A DNA stretch of 50,861 nt, the filler included, from Streblomastix strix (lineage: Eukaryota): the NCBI GenBank assembly GCA_008636045.1. It is 2 parts of 2 records of this genome, joined end to end, with 100 filler letters (N's around TTAATTAATTAA, not from the genome) between each part and the next. Parts side by side here need not be neighbours in the genome. Positions count along the whole stretch, not along the records: positions 1 to 25,392 come from SNRW01000201.1; 1 more part is not named here. The stretch is one strand, 5' to 3'. A model generated the notes under the pieces. That model saw only the letters and a list, made by a program, of their open reading frames with translations. It did not search any database and was not told the DNA's origin. Below are positions 14,220 through 25,392 of this stretch, one piece after another; the first letter of the stretch is position 1, and each line of letters opens with the position of its first letter. The translations under genes were made by a program, and so were the position numbers.

Positions 14220-14533
14220 TAATTAGCAAGATCCTTCTTCATATATTTTATCGTTTCAATACTTTCCATTTCATAATATAAATGAGGTTGGAGCATCTCA
14301 CATAAACAAAGCAGAAATAAATAAATAAAATTGTATAATGTTATTATTGTTTTGAATTATATATATTCATTAAATTGTTAAGATAATATTGAATAAAATG
14401 AAATGAAGCACTGCATATCCCATTTAACTGAAAAAAGTATAAATTTTCTGAAATATAACTCTTAATTGTTTCTTTCTAATCATTAAATTAAACATTATTC
14501 CTCTGTTAATTTTCTATAATATTTTGACTACGC

Positions 14534-16010
14534 TCACATTCCTGTTGTGTAATCGTACTAACTGTCATTAACTTTCCATTCTTTGTCTCCAGTCCGATGT
14601 AAACCAAATGGAACTTTGTGAATAAAGAGTGATTATACTTGGAACCAATCTCCAGCAATGGATGTTGATGCCTTATATTGAATGTATTCATAAATAATAA
14701 TAATTAAATTTTTCATTTAATTATCAATCATCTGCATACAAAGAACCTGAATCGTGCAGGAATATTACTGATGTAATTCTTTATTTATTCTTTTCCAACG
14801 AAGAACTTTATTGTTCTTGGAGATGCATTCATATCTACTTCCATCCCAATTTCTTGATTGCGAGTCCATTATTTATCATGTTCTTCAGTGTCATAAGCAC
14901 TTCCATTAATCCAAAAAAATCCCCTACATTAAAATATGAATAAAAATGAATGATTGAAGAAAATTTGATAAAATATTTAAAATAAAACAAACTCCGAATC
15001 AAATGAAACGCCTCCTTTAGTTTTTCCAATGACAGTTTAGGATGAATGTACAAGTGGGTAATCAGCATCAACAATACCAATTCCTGTAAAGTCATAATAT
15101 TTCATATATATTTAAATTATAATAAAAATAATTGTATTTGCTTAAATTGAAAAAAAATAGCAAACTTAATGGTATTTTGTTTTATTCCAATTTTATATCA
15201 GTAGAAAAGAAGATTCCACAATATGCTACCCCAGCATTTACAGTGAATTGTGCATTCAGTAACTTTCTATCAACATGTTTGCCACTCACATTATCAATCA
15301 TTGGTCTAATAGGTGCATTTGGAACAGTGAAAACAGGGTCAAATGGAACTGTTATATATCCGCCATGATTAAATTTCACTATACGTGTCTTAGGATTAAA
15401 CTCCAGATGCTCAGGTTTCAGAAGTATTGGACGAAATTTGTCAAGGAAAGACTCTTCATCGGAAGTTATTGCAGGAATTTCTAATAATGAAGAAAATAAT
15501 AGATTCAAATTTTGAATTAAAATATCAATTTGTATACTAGCATCAAGTTTAGGTAGAATTTTATTGATTTGTTCCTATATAAAATGAATAATAAGAAATA
15601 AGGAGTAATAATAATATAATTTAATAATAACACACTTTTAGATTGGGCGGTGGATTTGCTTTTAATGCATCAATCAAACTATTCCTAAGATTAGTCTCAT
15701 CATTTAATTTTAAACTTAACTCTGGATCTAAATAATTTATATATTAGATATTATTAAATTAATTGGATAGTAAATAATACATTATTCCAAAAGCCTAATC
15801 AACTCTTGAACTGCAATTATCCTCTTTTCAACATCTCCATCAATGAAATCATTAACAATATTACGAACCTCAATAAACTATTCAAAAAATGTTAAAATTG
15901 ATGTGAATTTTAATATAGAAATAATATCAAACATCATATTTCTCATTTGGTACTTTAACTTAAGGTCCATATTATGAACAACCTTGTGCGGAACCACCTG
16001 TGCTTTCCAT
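14534..16010 (-). CDS. SPRY/B30.2-like domain protein (multi-exon)
   Basis: Starts MESTGGSAQGC... at ATG 16010. Later exons read ITVPFDPVF...GVAYCGIFF, TGIGIVDA, and QEIGMEVDMNASPRTIKFFVGKEQIKNYISNIPARFRFF (SPRY 'IGMEVD....RT+.FF' signature). It ends DYTTGM then TGA at 14536-14534. Confidence 0.75.
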
Positions 16011-16493
16011 TATTAGAATTTTCTGAATAATTAATAAAAAAAATTGTAAAATCAATGTATAGAAAGAGTGGAATAATAATGAATTATAAAGATTAATAAT
16101 AAAGCAGTTTAATATCATTGATTAACAGATAAAGATAAAATTTTTAACGTTAACATGTAGAGTATTGAATGGTTTTTTGATTAGAAAGTAGACTAACATA
16201 CTGTGCAATGAACTGTTATTTAAACAAGTTTAAAATAATATCAAAAATATTGATTTGATTTGTTTATTAAAATAAGGTGAGTTATATATATTAAATATTT
16301 AACAGTTTTGTATAAAACAAGAAACGAGTTTTGGGAAGATTTTCCATTCATATACAGTAATTTTGTTAATTCATAATGTAATATACTTATTAATAATTCA
16401 GACATAATATTTTTTGCGAATGTGTTACAACTTTACAATCTATATAATTTGTATGATTTATTGTTTTTATTTCGATTTCTTATTAGATTTTGT

Positions 16494-17478
16494 ATGATGA
16501 GCTCGAGCACGTGTGCACATCCAGTTATTTATTGCAATTTGTGCGCAATTTGTGGGGTAGACTTAGAGGAGGAAAGCGAAAATATCGTGAAATTTGGTGA
16601 TATAGATGGCGATTAAGCTAATAAGAAGGATAGTAGTATTAACCACGAACCACATGTTATTATACCCGATGTTTAATTGATTGATGTGTCAAAGACCAAT
16701 TGCAAGTGACGTGTACTTCACCATACCAATATATCATAGACTTTTTCCGATAATCAAGCTAAATCTTTATCAACCTTGCCATTATAAGAAGTAAAGATTA
16801 CAATTCCACCCAAAGGTAATTTAGTAATTTTTCTTATCTCTTATTATATTAAATATATTTTAATATATTTAATATTCTCTAGATTTAGAATAAGAGCTTT
16901 CTAATGTATTTGAATCATTGAATACTTTATAATCACCAAATAAAAGGTCTAGACCCGAATTGAAGAGAGAAGAAAAGTATAGATAGCACGGGAATAAAAA
17001 GAAAACTTCTAGTCAAACCAATCAAGTGTTTGAAGACCAAACATAATAAGACTAAATTATATATGAAAATGAATATGAGAAGAAAGATGATGAAGATAAC
17101 GAAGTTAATGATTGGGATGAATGTGGGCCATTTTTAGGCAAACTTTATCAAATGGGATATGATGGATACATTGGATTCAAGGACTGGAATGGGAAGAATG
17201 AAAGAAATGAAGATGAAGAAGATACAAGTGATTCTGATGATATAACAGATTAAGAATAAGAATAAGACAAACAGAATAAAAGAAAAGTGAAAAGTATTAA
17301 AAGCTAATGTAAAGATGGATAAGATAGTTATACACAACTGTTGAAACAAGGAATGAAAGAATAAGAAGAATAAGAGTAAGAAGAAATATCAAATGGAATG
17401 AAAATCAGAAGCAAGTCAAATTCTACAAAAAAAGGCAGGAAAAAGAAAAGTAAGAAAAGGCCAAGAAAAGAAGAATGA
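16494..17478 (+). CDS. Hypothetical nuclear protein with an FCP1/CTDP1-like N-terminal CxH...CxxC motif, acidic middle and basic C-terminus
   Basis: Starts MMSSSTCAHPVIYCNLCAICGVDL. Inferred introns are 16671-16739 (needed to remove an in-frame TGA) and about 16816-16882. It ends KKGRKKKSKKRPRKEE then TGA at 17476-17478. Confidence 0.65.
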
Positions 17479-17887
17479 AGGACATGAACAGTATATTGTC
17501 ATTAACTTATGAGCTGATTACTCTGTCTTACTCTTGATGGTTCAGATCTTCAGATACTTTATATTGAAATAGAGTTTATATAGAAAGCAAAATGTGAAGA
17601 ATAATAGAAAAGTTAAGAGCAGATCAAAAGAATGATTTAGTCGCAGGTCATTGCCGAATGTTTATTTATAACAGTGGTATAATGGGAATGATTTAATCAA
17701 AGCCCATCCGAATGATTTTGAATGTTTAAATAAAATCAAAACAATAAATACGAAAATAAAATATGAGTTGATGCTAAACAGTATACAACATCATATGACA
17801 TGAATGATATAAATTACTCAAAAAAAGCCAAAAGAAGTGAAAACAGCGAAATGCAGCAACTCTCACAGTCAACATGTGACTGTTTCT

Positions 17888-18617
17888 TCAGTATCCAGAC
17901 AATCTGAGATACAGACTCCAGAAAACACTCTCTGGCATATTCAGTTCAAAATGTAGTCTTTATAAAAATACACTTTCACTGGAGTTCAGTGTTGCTGTTT
18001 CCATACCAAGTGCTTTAGCCCACCAACTATTCTTATAGGAAACATCTCTCATTAGCTTTGTTGCCAATTCTAGAGCTACGAGCAAAATAGTTCCTAGGTT
18101 TAGCTCTGAGATGATTCCGACATCTCCTTTTGCTCTATATTCAATATCTTTATCAACAAGTTTCGAAATCAGAAAAATTGTAACTGCAAGCTCCGATCTC
18201 GTCGAGTTAGTATACTAACTTAGGTACTAAAAGAAATGTAATATCTTAGTTCTTAGTTCCTCAGCAGCTCTCTGATCATCCTACTCATTTTATTGGTGGA
18301 GAATATTAGTCTCAAAAATATTTAGTAGGCACAAAGTAACAGCTTCAATGAACTAATCATCTGCGGGCTCGGACGCCTGTTCGCGGAGTTTTACAATATT
18401 AGGGATTTCGTAGCTCTCGTTGACTACATTTTAATAGGAGTGATCTTTATTAATACTCTAATCCTCGAATGTTCTCTAGTCTATCTCTCTAAATATTTAC
18501 ATAACACAGAAAATAAAAGCAAAAAATACAATTTAAAAATTATTTTGCAAACTCTTTCATCATGACATTCTGATTATGTGTAGGAGTAATATTCCAATCA
18601 CTATATTGAGAATTCAT
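17888..18617 (-). CDS. PHO80/Pcl (P-type) cyclin
   Basis: Two exons. The cyclin box reads ILLVALELATKLMRDVSYKNSWWAKALGMETATLNSSESVFLQRLHFEL, matching the PHO80-like pattern 'LL.AL.+A.K...D..Y.N..WAK+.G+....LN..E..FL..L.F.L'. TGA at 17890-17888. Confidence 0.85.
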
Positions 18618-18652
18618 CTTGTTGTGAGTGTGAATGACTGTGCGCGCTGTTT

Positions 18653-18660
18653 TTTGGCGC
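18653..18660. promoter_or_regulatory. E2F-consensus-like site TTTGGCGC upstream of the cyclin start codon
   Basis: Matches TTTSSCGC, lies about 40 nt upstream of ATG 18617 and next to a TGCGCGC patch in otherwise very AT-rich DNA. Function is inferred only. Confidence 0.3.
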
Positions 18661-19658
18661 CCCATAATTCAAAATTGCAGTTTTTTCACTTTCTTTTTAT
18701 TTAGAAATTCTTTAATATTTAAATTGATTTTTTGTTTCTAATTTTATTTATTATTTCTTTTTAACTTGTTTCTTGTTGTTTAAAGCAATTTTTTAATTGT
18801 GCTAATAAAAAATTGTTAGAGGATGTATAATAACATACAACAACTTAGCCTTTATTGAGTGATTGCCATCAACTATTTGAAGTGATTCTTCTGGCCATTC
18901 CCCAAACAATGTTTACAATGGGGTGGCCATTAAGAAAAACAAAAAAGAAAGGTAGAAAAAAATTGATAAATCTGGACTCATAACAGGAGAACTAGCAGAA
19001 AAAATAGACGAAGTGTTGCTTTAAAAATGTAAATTGGGTAAGAAGAGAACCAGCAAGAGAAACTCCCCATAAACGAATGATGTGTAAGAGTAAAAGAAAA
19101 AATAAATGATTACGTAATTAAGCATAGAAGTTAACGCATCGAACAAAAAGATTAAAGTTAAATTAAAAACGTTAATTAAACAAAATGAAATTAAATGGTA
19201 AAGTTAAAACTGGTTTAATATATTGAATAAAAATAGTTAAGTGTTAAATATAATGACCAATAAATTAAAATATCCTTATTTCTAGTTTCAATTCTATCAG
19301 CGAACTGCGTGAGCATATCCTCCCATAAATGATTGCTGGCATCTCATGCCCACTAGCTTATTAGATACCATTGTCAACAGTTCACCTACTTACTTGTCAA
19401 TGTTGCATGATGGCATTTCCAAAAAATTAATAAAGATGATGTAATAATGAAAACATATGATACATAAAGTACAGTGATTGATTCACAAACGCCACAAAGT
19501 GTTGGGACTAAAGTACAAAACTATATGAATACATTTCTATAGAGTTTTAGACTGATTAGTTGGACCAAGGCGAAGTTGTTGTTTATTATTATACCCCCTC
19601 TAATTACCAATAGTCCCACTTTGGCAACTGAGGAGTGTATATATTATATTCAACAACT

Positions 19659-20110
19659 TCACCTTTATTGAGTACTTGAAATTAAATTACGTTCCACTTG
19701 ACCGCGGGTATCAGATAATTTTGTTGATATTTCATTGTCTTTTAATCTCTCAGCAAATACATAGTACTCATTTGTCGATTTTGAATTTCTTGCATGTCCT
19801 GTGTATGTGTTTAATAACGTTTCGTCTAGACCCATTACTACTAGTTATGTTGCTGCTGAGTGTCTGAATGAATATACCTGTTTTCTTTTTATACCCATCA
19901 CGTCTAGTAATTTCTTTAATCTGAATGAGTTTTTGCCTCTTTTGGCTGGTATAGTTATGTCTTCATTCCACCATAATGCTCCATACTTATTGTCTCTGAT
20001 GGATCGACCATGTTTATTATCAATTCTTTTCAACCAATCGAAAAAAAGTTGCTCTTGGACATACGATTCGGTCTCTTGTTTTCGGAAGTTTGTGTGTGTG
20101 AAATCCAGAC
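19659..20110 (-). pseudogene. Degenerate tyrosine recombinase C-terminal fragment (DIRS/Crypton-type mobile element relic)
   Basis: Reads KLPKTRDRIVCPRATFF / DWLKRI...LWW...LKKLLDVMGIKRKQVYSFRHSAATQLAVMGLDETLLNTYTGHARNSKSTNEYYVF. This shows box II (Y/H-x-x-R-H), GH and a candidate catalytic Tyr. There is a frameshift in the A7 run at 20041-20047 and the N-terminus is lost. Confidence 0.8.
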
Positions 20111-20599
20111 TTTTTTTTCACAAAAACTATTCTTTGATAAAATCATTGAATGTGTTTCGTTTAAATTTAAGCTTTCGAAACATATAAAATATATTTTAAT
20201 ATAAAATTAATATTGTTAATTTCAAATTTGATTTATTAAATGAATTTAAATTAAAAATAAAATATTTTCTGAAATTTTCAACGGTTTCATATCTTTAAAA
20301 ATGTTTCTTTATTCTATCATTAATACTTTAATTTATTTCATTAATTTTTAAAAAAAATAAAATTGAAAATTTAATAAATACTTAAAATTGTATTTTAACT
20401 ATAAAAAAAATTATTTGAATTTATTCTATCAATATTTGTTCAAAAAGCAGTTCGATTCCATCTCTGTCGCTTATCTCTTGTCTTTAATTAATGATAATTG
20501 ACTATTATTTTTGCTCAAGCTGTAATTTAAATTTGTAAATCTTAATTAAAAAGAATTAAAGATCAATAACTAATATTAATAAAAATATTAAAATACAGG

Positions 20600-22086
20600 A
20601 ATGCTTTCGAAATTGAATTAGAAAAGTTCGCAAATACAGATAAGTTTCAAATTCAAGTAATGCATGGAACTAAACGAACAAGTTAAGATGATAAAAAATC
20701 AGATGTTTAAAATATTTAAAAAGTTTAAACTATTAATTATACTTGTTATATCTTATTTTGTGTTGAGACTTTATTTTTGATCTATATATTTTAGTTTAAT
20801 AATCTCTTTAATTTAACCAATCTATTTTTATTGCACTAATATTGTACTTTTGATGTTTCAATTGATCGTTTCATTGATGTTTCCAAAGATACTTTAGTTG
20901 ATATTTTGTATTTGTAATGTGTCAATTCGAAAATTAAACTACATTATTTAAATATATCTAATCCAAATAATTTTTATAATCGAATTGATTATCACAACCA
21001 CTAAAATGGTATATAATTAATGTTTTAAAGTAACTGATCTTTGAATATAAATGCAATTAGTTATTCAGATGAATATTAAATCAATATAAAATGTTTATGA
21101 GAAATTAAATTAAGGAAATCTTGCTAGTTGTGCAAAAATTGCAAAAAAAAATTTAAAATTTAAACATCAATTTGTATGATGAAAATGCTTATCTTTGAAC
21201 AATTATCCGCTAATATTACTGTTGCAATATAGGCGCTAGAATTATTGAAAATTGATTGGAAATCTATCTGGAAAGCTATTTGGGATGCAACAATTCATTA
21301 TACTTGCGAGAGTAAGACCTGCCATTGATCATCACATTAACGCTTATGCCAAACTACATTAATTTTTGCATAGAAAATGAATAGACTTCGACGAGCTAAT
21401 TAAGATTAAATTTACCAAAAATAGTTAGAAAGATTCGCTTAAACAGATAAATAGATAGCATATGAAGCATTAAATATGGAACAGTAACTCATATGGTTAG
21501 CCTATTCAAATAATTAAATAATCAAGTTTGCAGAGTTCGTATCCAACATGATAATAACTCCAAGTAAAGTTGAATAATACATATTAATTGATCATGCATA
21601 TGAAATATTGATTGGTGGAAAGACATTATTGGAATGGTAAATAATATATCAAACTGAAGCATAAAAATGTAATGCTCAATTGAGACGAGTTAAATTTTTC
21701 GGAAATTAAGACATCAACAGATCTCATGTTAATTAACAAATTAAGAAAATTTGGTAACATCCAACAGCAACATTATAAGCATTTCCATTCAAATCTAGGA
21801 TCAAGTAATTTGAATAAATTAACTAAATAAAAATAATGAATCCAACGTAAATCAAAGATGTTAAAGTGATACTATTAAATAAGCTCTAACGTCTATACTT
21901 CTCTCCAAAATTAGGATCGTGGGAGATTGATCATGTATTCGGTATCAATCCAGTAACTCAAAGAAGATAACATTTTCTGTGAGCGATCAACATTAATACA
22001 AAATATTTAGTTGTGATTCCATTAATTGTAGATGAAAAGAATGCAAGATATATACTAGACGCATTAACGAAACTCATTAAATAGGC
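20600..22086 (+). pseudogene. Decayed long ORF ending in a truncated retroviral-type (rve) integrase, Polinton/Maverick-like
   Basis: The frame from about 21458 reads AYEALNMEQQLIWLAY...AFPFKSRIKQFE...LQRLYFSPKLGSWEIDHVFGINP...HFL*AININTKYLVVIPL...LDALTKLIKQ. 'WEID' carries the first catalytic Asp and 'ININTKYLVV' matches the following strands. There is an in-frame TGA at 21980-21982 and the ORF is cut before the second Asp. Upstream pieces are frameshifted and the left boundary is approximate. Confidence 0.65.
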
Positions 22087-22114
22087 ATATGGAGCTGGCT
22101 TTTTTCATTTGAGG
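22087..22114 (+). repeat. Putative element terminus, copy 1 (ATATGGAGCTGGCTTTTTTCATTTGAGG)
   Basis: Near-identical to 24162-24188 and sits exactly where the integrase ORF breaks off. Confidence 0.6.
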
Positions 22115-22899
22115 CTCGACGCTAACCAACAATAAAATCAATATCAATATAAAATATTCACAGATATATGAAACTTTTATAAGTTAAGAAAAAAATCTTA
22201 TAGAGCGTTATTGAGATAAACATGAATTAAAATAAATTTTTAATATTTTAAAAAAAGTTTTTATAATTATTTAAATTAAAAATGTTATTTAATTTTAATA
22301 ATTTGAAATTATATCAGTTGTTTTAATAATATTTATATAAACATATAGAATGTTAATTAGTTTTAAGGTTTAAAAAGGACTTTTTAAAAAAATCAGTATT
22401 TTTTTCAAAATGGCTTTAGATGCGACGTTAACAAGAAATATGACATATAAATATACATTTAAGGCAACATTATACATTTAATTTTAAAATAATAAAAAAT
22501 TCCTATAGAGCGTTATAGAGAAATATCTCATGGAAATTCAGAAAGTTCTACTTCTTAATTACTATAAATAATACAAAATTTATACCTTAATTTTATCTTT
22601 TTATATCTCTTTATTCTAATTATCACTTAAATACTGTAAATTGTAAAGCACATAAAGCAAACGAAATGTTTAGTTTTTATTTCAATAAAACAAACATCCT
22701 GCTCGATTCACACATTTATATTTTTTAATATAATCAAATTTAATTTAATTTTTCATTACTTTAAATCTTTAAGTAATTCTTTACTAAATTTATATTTTAC
22801 TTGGCTATCTTAAAAATTATTAAAAATAAAATGACAAATTCCAGACTATCCATTTCACCAATTCTTAAAATTTTTATATTATTATTTTTAAATATTGAC

Positions 22900-23326
22900 A
22901 TATTATCCATTATTATTTGTATTCATTTTTTTTCAAACATCTTTATTCACTTATACGCAATGAAAGAAAACAATGTAAGAAGTGTGATAATCCAGCCGAG
23001 GATACATTAAAGGACTTAAATATGATGTTATTTGAAACAGCTACTCTCATTTCGTGTTTCTCATTTGAAGGATCAACTTCATTCTCATCAAGAATACATC
23101 GAATGATTAAACTAGTACTTTCAATTGATAACATTTGAGATATTGCAGCAGATCTTCCTTCACTTGAATCAACAGGAGGTGATGCAGCAGGTGGTGTATA
23201 GAACGAAATGGAAGAGGTTGATTGATGTAACTATTGAATGAAGATGTTTGTACTATATTAGTATAAAGGTGGCTTGACAATTCATTTTTTTTAATTTATA
23301 TTACATTCGAGAGTTGTTAAAGACAT
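22900..23326 (-). pseudogene. Degenerate intronless ORF of unknown function, probably element-derived
   Basis: Reads MSLTTLECNINQKK*IVKPP...STSSISFYTPPAASPPVDSSEGRSAAISQMLSIESTSLIIRCILDENEVDPSNEKHEMRVAVSNNIIFK. In-frame TGA at 23284-23282 and a probable frameshift near 23010. Confidence 0.5.
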
Positions 23327-23438
23327 TCAATATTTAATAGACATTCACAATTTATTCACATACAAAATTGTAACTTAAAATAAAATAAATAAATTAAAAA
23401 TAATTTATGGCAATTAATTTCTTTTTCTTAGCTCTCAA

Positions 23439-24160
23439 TCAGCGACCTTTCTTATCATAAAGTGTTGGTAAGTTGCGTCTTCGATCCAGTTCAAAATTCT
23501 AAGTCTCGGCTTATTCCTTTGCAGCTTTAATTGCAGCTTTTCTATTTGCAGCTCTTTATTCATAACATCTTAACTCATTGTTTATATCGTCGAGTTCAGA
23601 ATTAAGAGTATATATCTCTTAATTCATTTTCGAGTAAGCTGAATAATAACTAAATAGGAATAATATTTTGTTATTATCATAATCAAATATTAATTTAAAA
23701 TACGACATCATCAAATAGTTTAATTATTTCATTAAAATTCTTTATAATTTTAATAGAAAAAGTAAAATTTAGCCTAATTTTCCAGAATCTACATTTTTTG
23801 TATTNNNNNNNNNNTATTTAGTTATGATCATAATCAATTATTAATTAACAATATATTAAACCTCTATTCAGCTGCAAGTCTACGTTATAATGCACGTTCT
23901 GTGATTTCATCAAAGTCTGCTTCTTCAGCTTAGATCTTTACAAGCACTAAAACAACAGATTGTTTTGTTTACATCAGCTTAATCAGATGAGGTTCTACAT
24001 ATCCATTTTCATGCTTATTGATCAATATTATTATATTATTATAAATAATTTAGGTATTCAATGAATTAAATTAAGGAAATGAAGTTCTAATAAATACGAG
24101 TTGAGTAATTTGAAATGAGTCAATATTCGGGTCGTCAGCTACGATCAACAGTTTATTAAG
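23439..24160 (-). pseudogene. Degenerate coiled-coil ORF interrupted by an assembly gap, probably element-derived
   Basis: Readable pieces are LLIVADDPNIDSFQITQLVF, KIQAEEADFDEITERALQRRLAAEQRF and SAYSKMNQEIYTLNSELDDINNELRCYEQRAANRKAAIKAAKEQAE...LPTLYDKKGR then TGA at 23441-23439, with internal TGAs between them. Confidence 0.45.
23684..23804. repeat. 121-bp exact duplicate of 24492-24612, abutting an N10 gap (23805-23814)
   Basis: CAAATATTAATTTAAAATACGACATCATC...GAATCTACATTTTTTGTATT occurs at both positions. Confidence 0.9.
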
Positions 24161-24161
24161 T

Positions 24162-24188
24162 ATATGGAGCTGGTTTTTTTAATTGAGG
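24162..24188 (+). repeat. Putative element terminus, copy 2 (ATATGGAGCTGGTTTTTTTAATTGAGG)
   Basis: Near-identical to 22087-22114 and sits at the truncated 5' end of the minus-strand relic ORF. Confidence 0.6.
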
Positions 24189-24847
24189 AAAAACGGCAAA
24201 TTTCACGAACTAGAAGATTTGATAATATTTTTAAAGTATAAATTATTAGTGTAGAAACAAAATAATGTTCACATGTTCGAAGAAGCTCTCTTCATGGTTT
24301 TAAGCAAAAAATCAAATTTTTCTAATTAAAATTAATTCTGCATATGTTCATTAAAATTGCTTGTACTTGTTTTAAATAAATTAGAATTAATGAATGTTAT
24401 TTCTTTTCTTTATATTTATATAGTTTCTCATTTGCATACTCCACAAATTTTGCTATTAAAAAATATTATTGGTTTAGAGAGTTTCATTTAACAAATATTA
24501 ATTTAAAATACGACATCATCAAATAGTTTAATTATTTCATTAAAATTCTTTATAATTTTAATAGAAAAAGTAAAATTTAGCCTAATTTTCCAGAATCTAC
24601 ATTTTTTGTATTAAAACACATTTCCTGAGCTAACTTTAATTTATTTTATCATTAAATTTAACAATATCAACTAATATTTATAATTATGACATAATTATTT
24701 ACAAATTTTGCTAAATTTCAATACATAACTAAAGTTTGATAAATCAGTTAAAATGAAATTCTTCATATTCTGAAACAATTGTACTACTATTTTTCATCAA
24801 ACTAATCAAAATAATATTTACTTACTGATTTTTTTATTTTTTTATAG

Positions 24848-25392
24848 TTCATACAACAAAAATATTACTACTTGTTATACATTAACAAATTTTTTTATTA
24901 TTTTATTTTATTTTTATTATATTTAATATATTATACAAAATTCAATTGAAAATAAAGAATATTTTATGAATTTGAAGACGCATTACTACAAATAATCAAA
25001 GAATTAAATAAATATTTTGTCGATGATGTATGTTTATCAGTTTTTTTATTCTAAATTTTATTTTATTTCTTTTCGTTAAAGGAAGCTCATTTAAGTGACT
25101 ATTCACTACTTCTTTAAACATTAATATGTTTTCTTCGATATGAATGCATATTAATTCAAGAAACATATAAGTATGTCATTTTAATCGTTTTCTTTATTAG
25201 AAATTAATAATATTTTATAACGATATAGAGATTCGATGGATGAAATATCTGAAAGTGCTATTCTGTTATGTTATAAACACTATGATACTGAAATTGTATG
25301 ATTATTTTCATTATTCAATATATAACTATATTTTTCTTTTAATTATATTTCAGTTTTAAAACGATTTGTTATTGAAACATCATGAATACTTT
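24848..25392 (+). CDS. Intron-rich gene fragment of unknown function (3' partial, 5' end unresolved)
   Basis: Short exons are separated by GTATG...AG introns: ILYEFEDALLQIIKELNKYFVDD | EAHLSDYSLLLQTLICFLRYECILIQETYK | DSMDEISESAILLCYKHYDTEI | FQNDLLLKHHEYF. The reading runs into the gap. Confidence 0.5.

Noticed and set aside
16700..16715. In-frame TGA as possible selenocysteine or readthrough
   Set aside because: A phase-0 GT-AG intron (16671-16739) removes it. There is no selenoprotein context and no SECIS was recognised.
18910..19110. Short basic plus-strand ORF (MFTMGWPLRKTKKKGRKK...)
   Set aside because: About 65 codons with no recognisable motif. ORFs this long are expected by chance when TGA is the only stop.
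20445..20470. GTTCGATTCC resembling a tRNA T-loop/B-box
   Set aside because: The flanks (AGCAG / CCATC) do not pair as a T-stem, and no D-arm, anticodon arm or acceptor stem can be built.
21980..23284. In-frame TGAs in element ORFs as evidence for TGA=Trp or a stop-less code
   Set aside because: They co-occur with frameshifts and truncations in decayed elements. Intact genes use TGG for Trp and TGA only at their ends.
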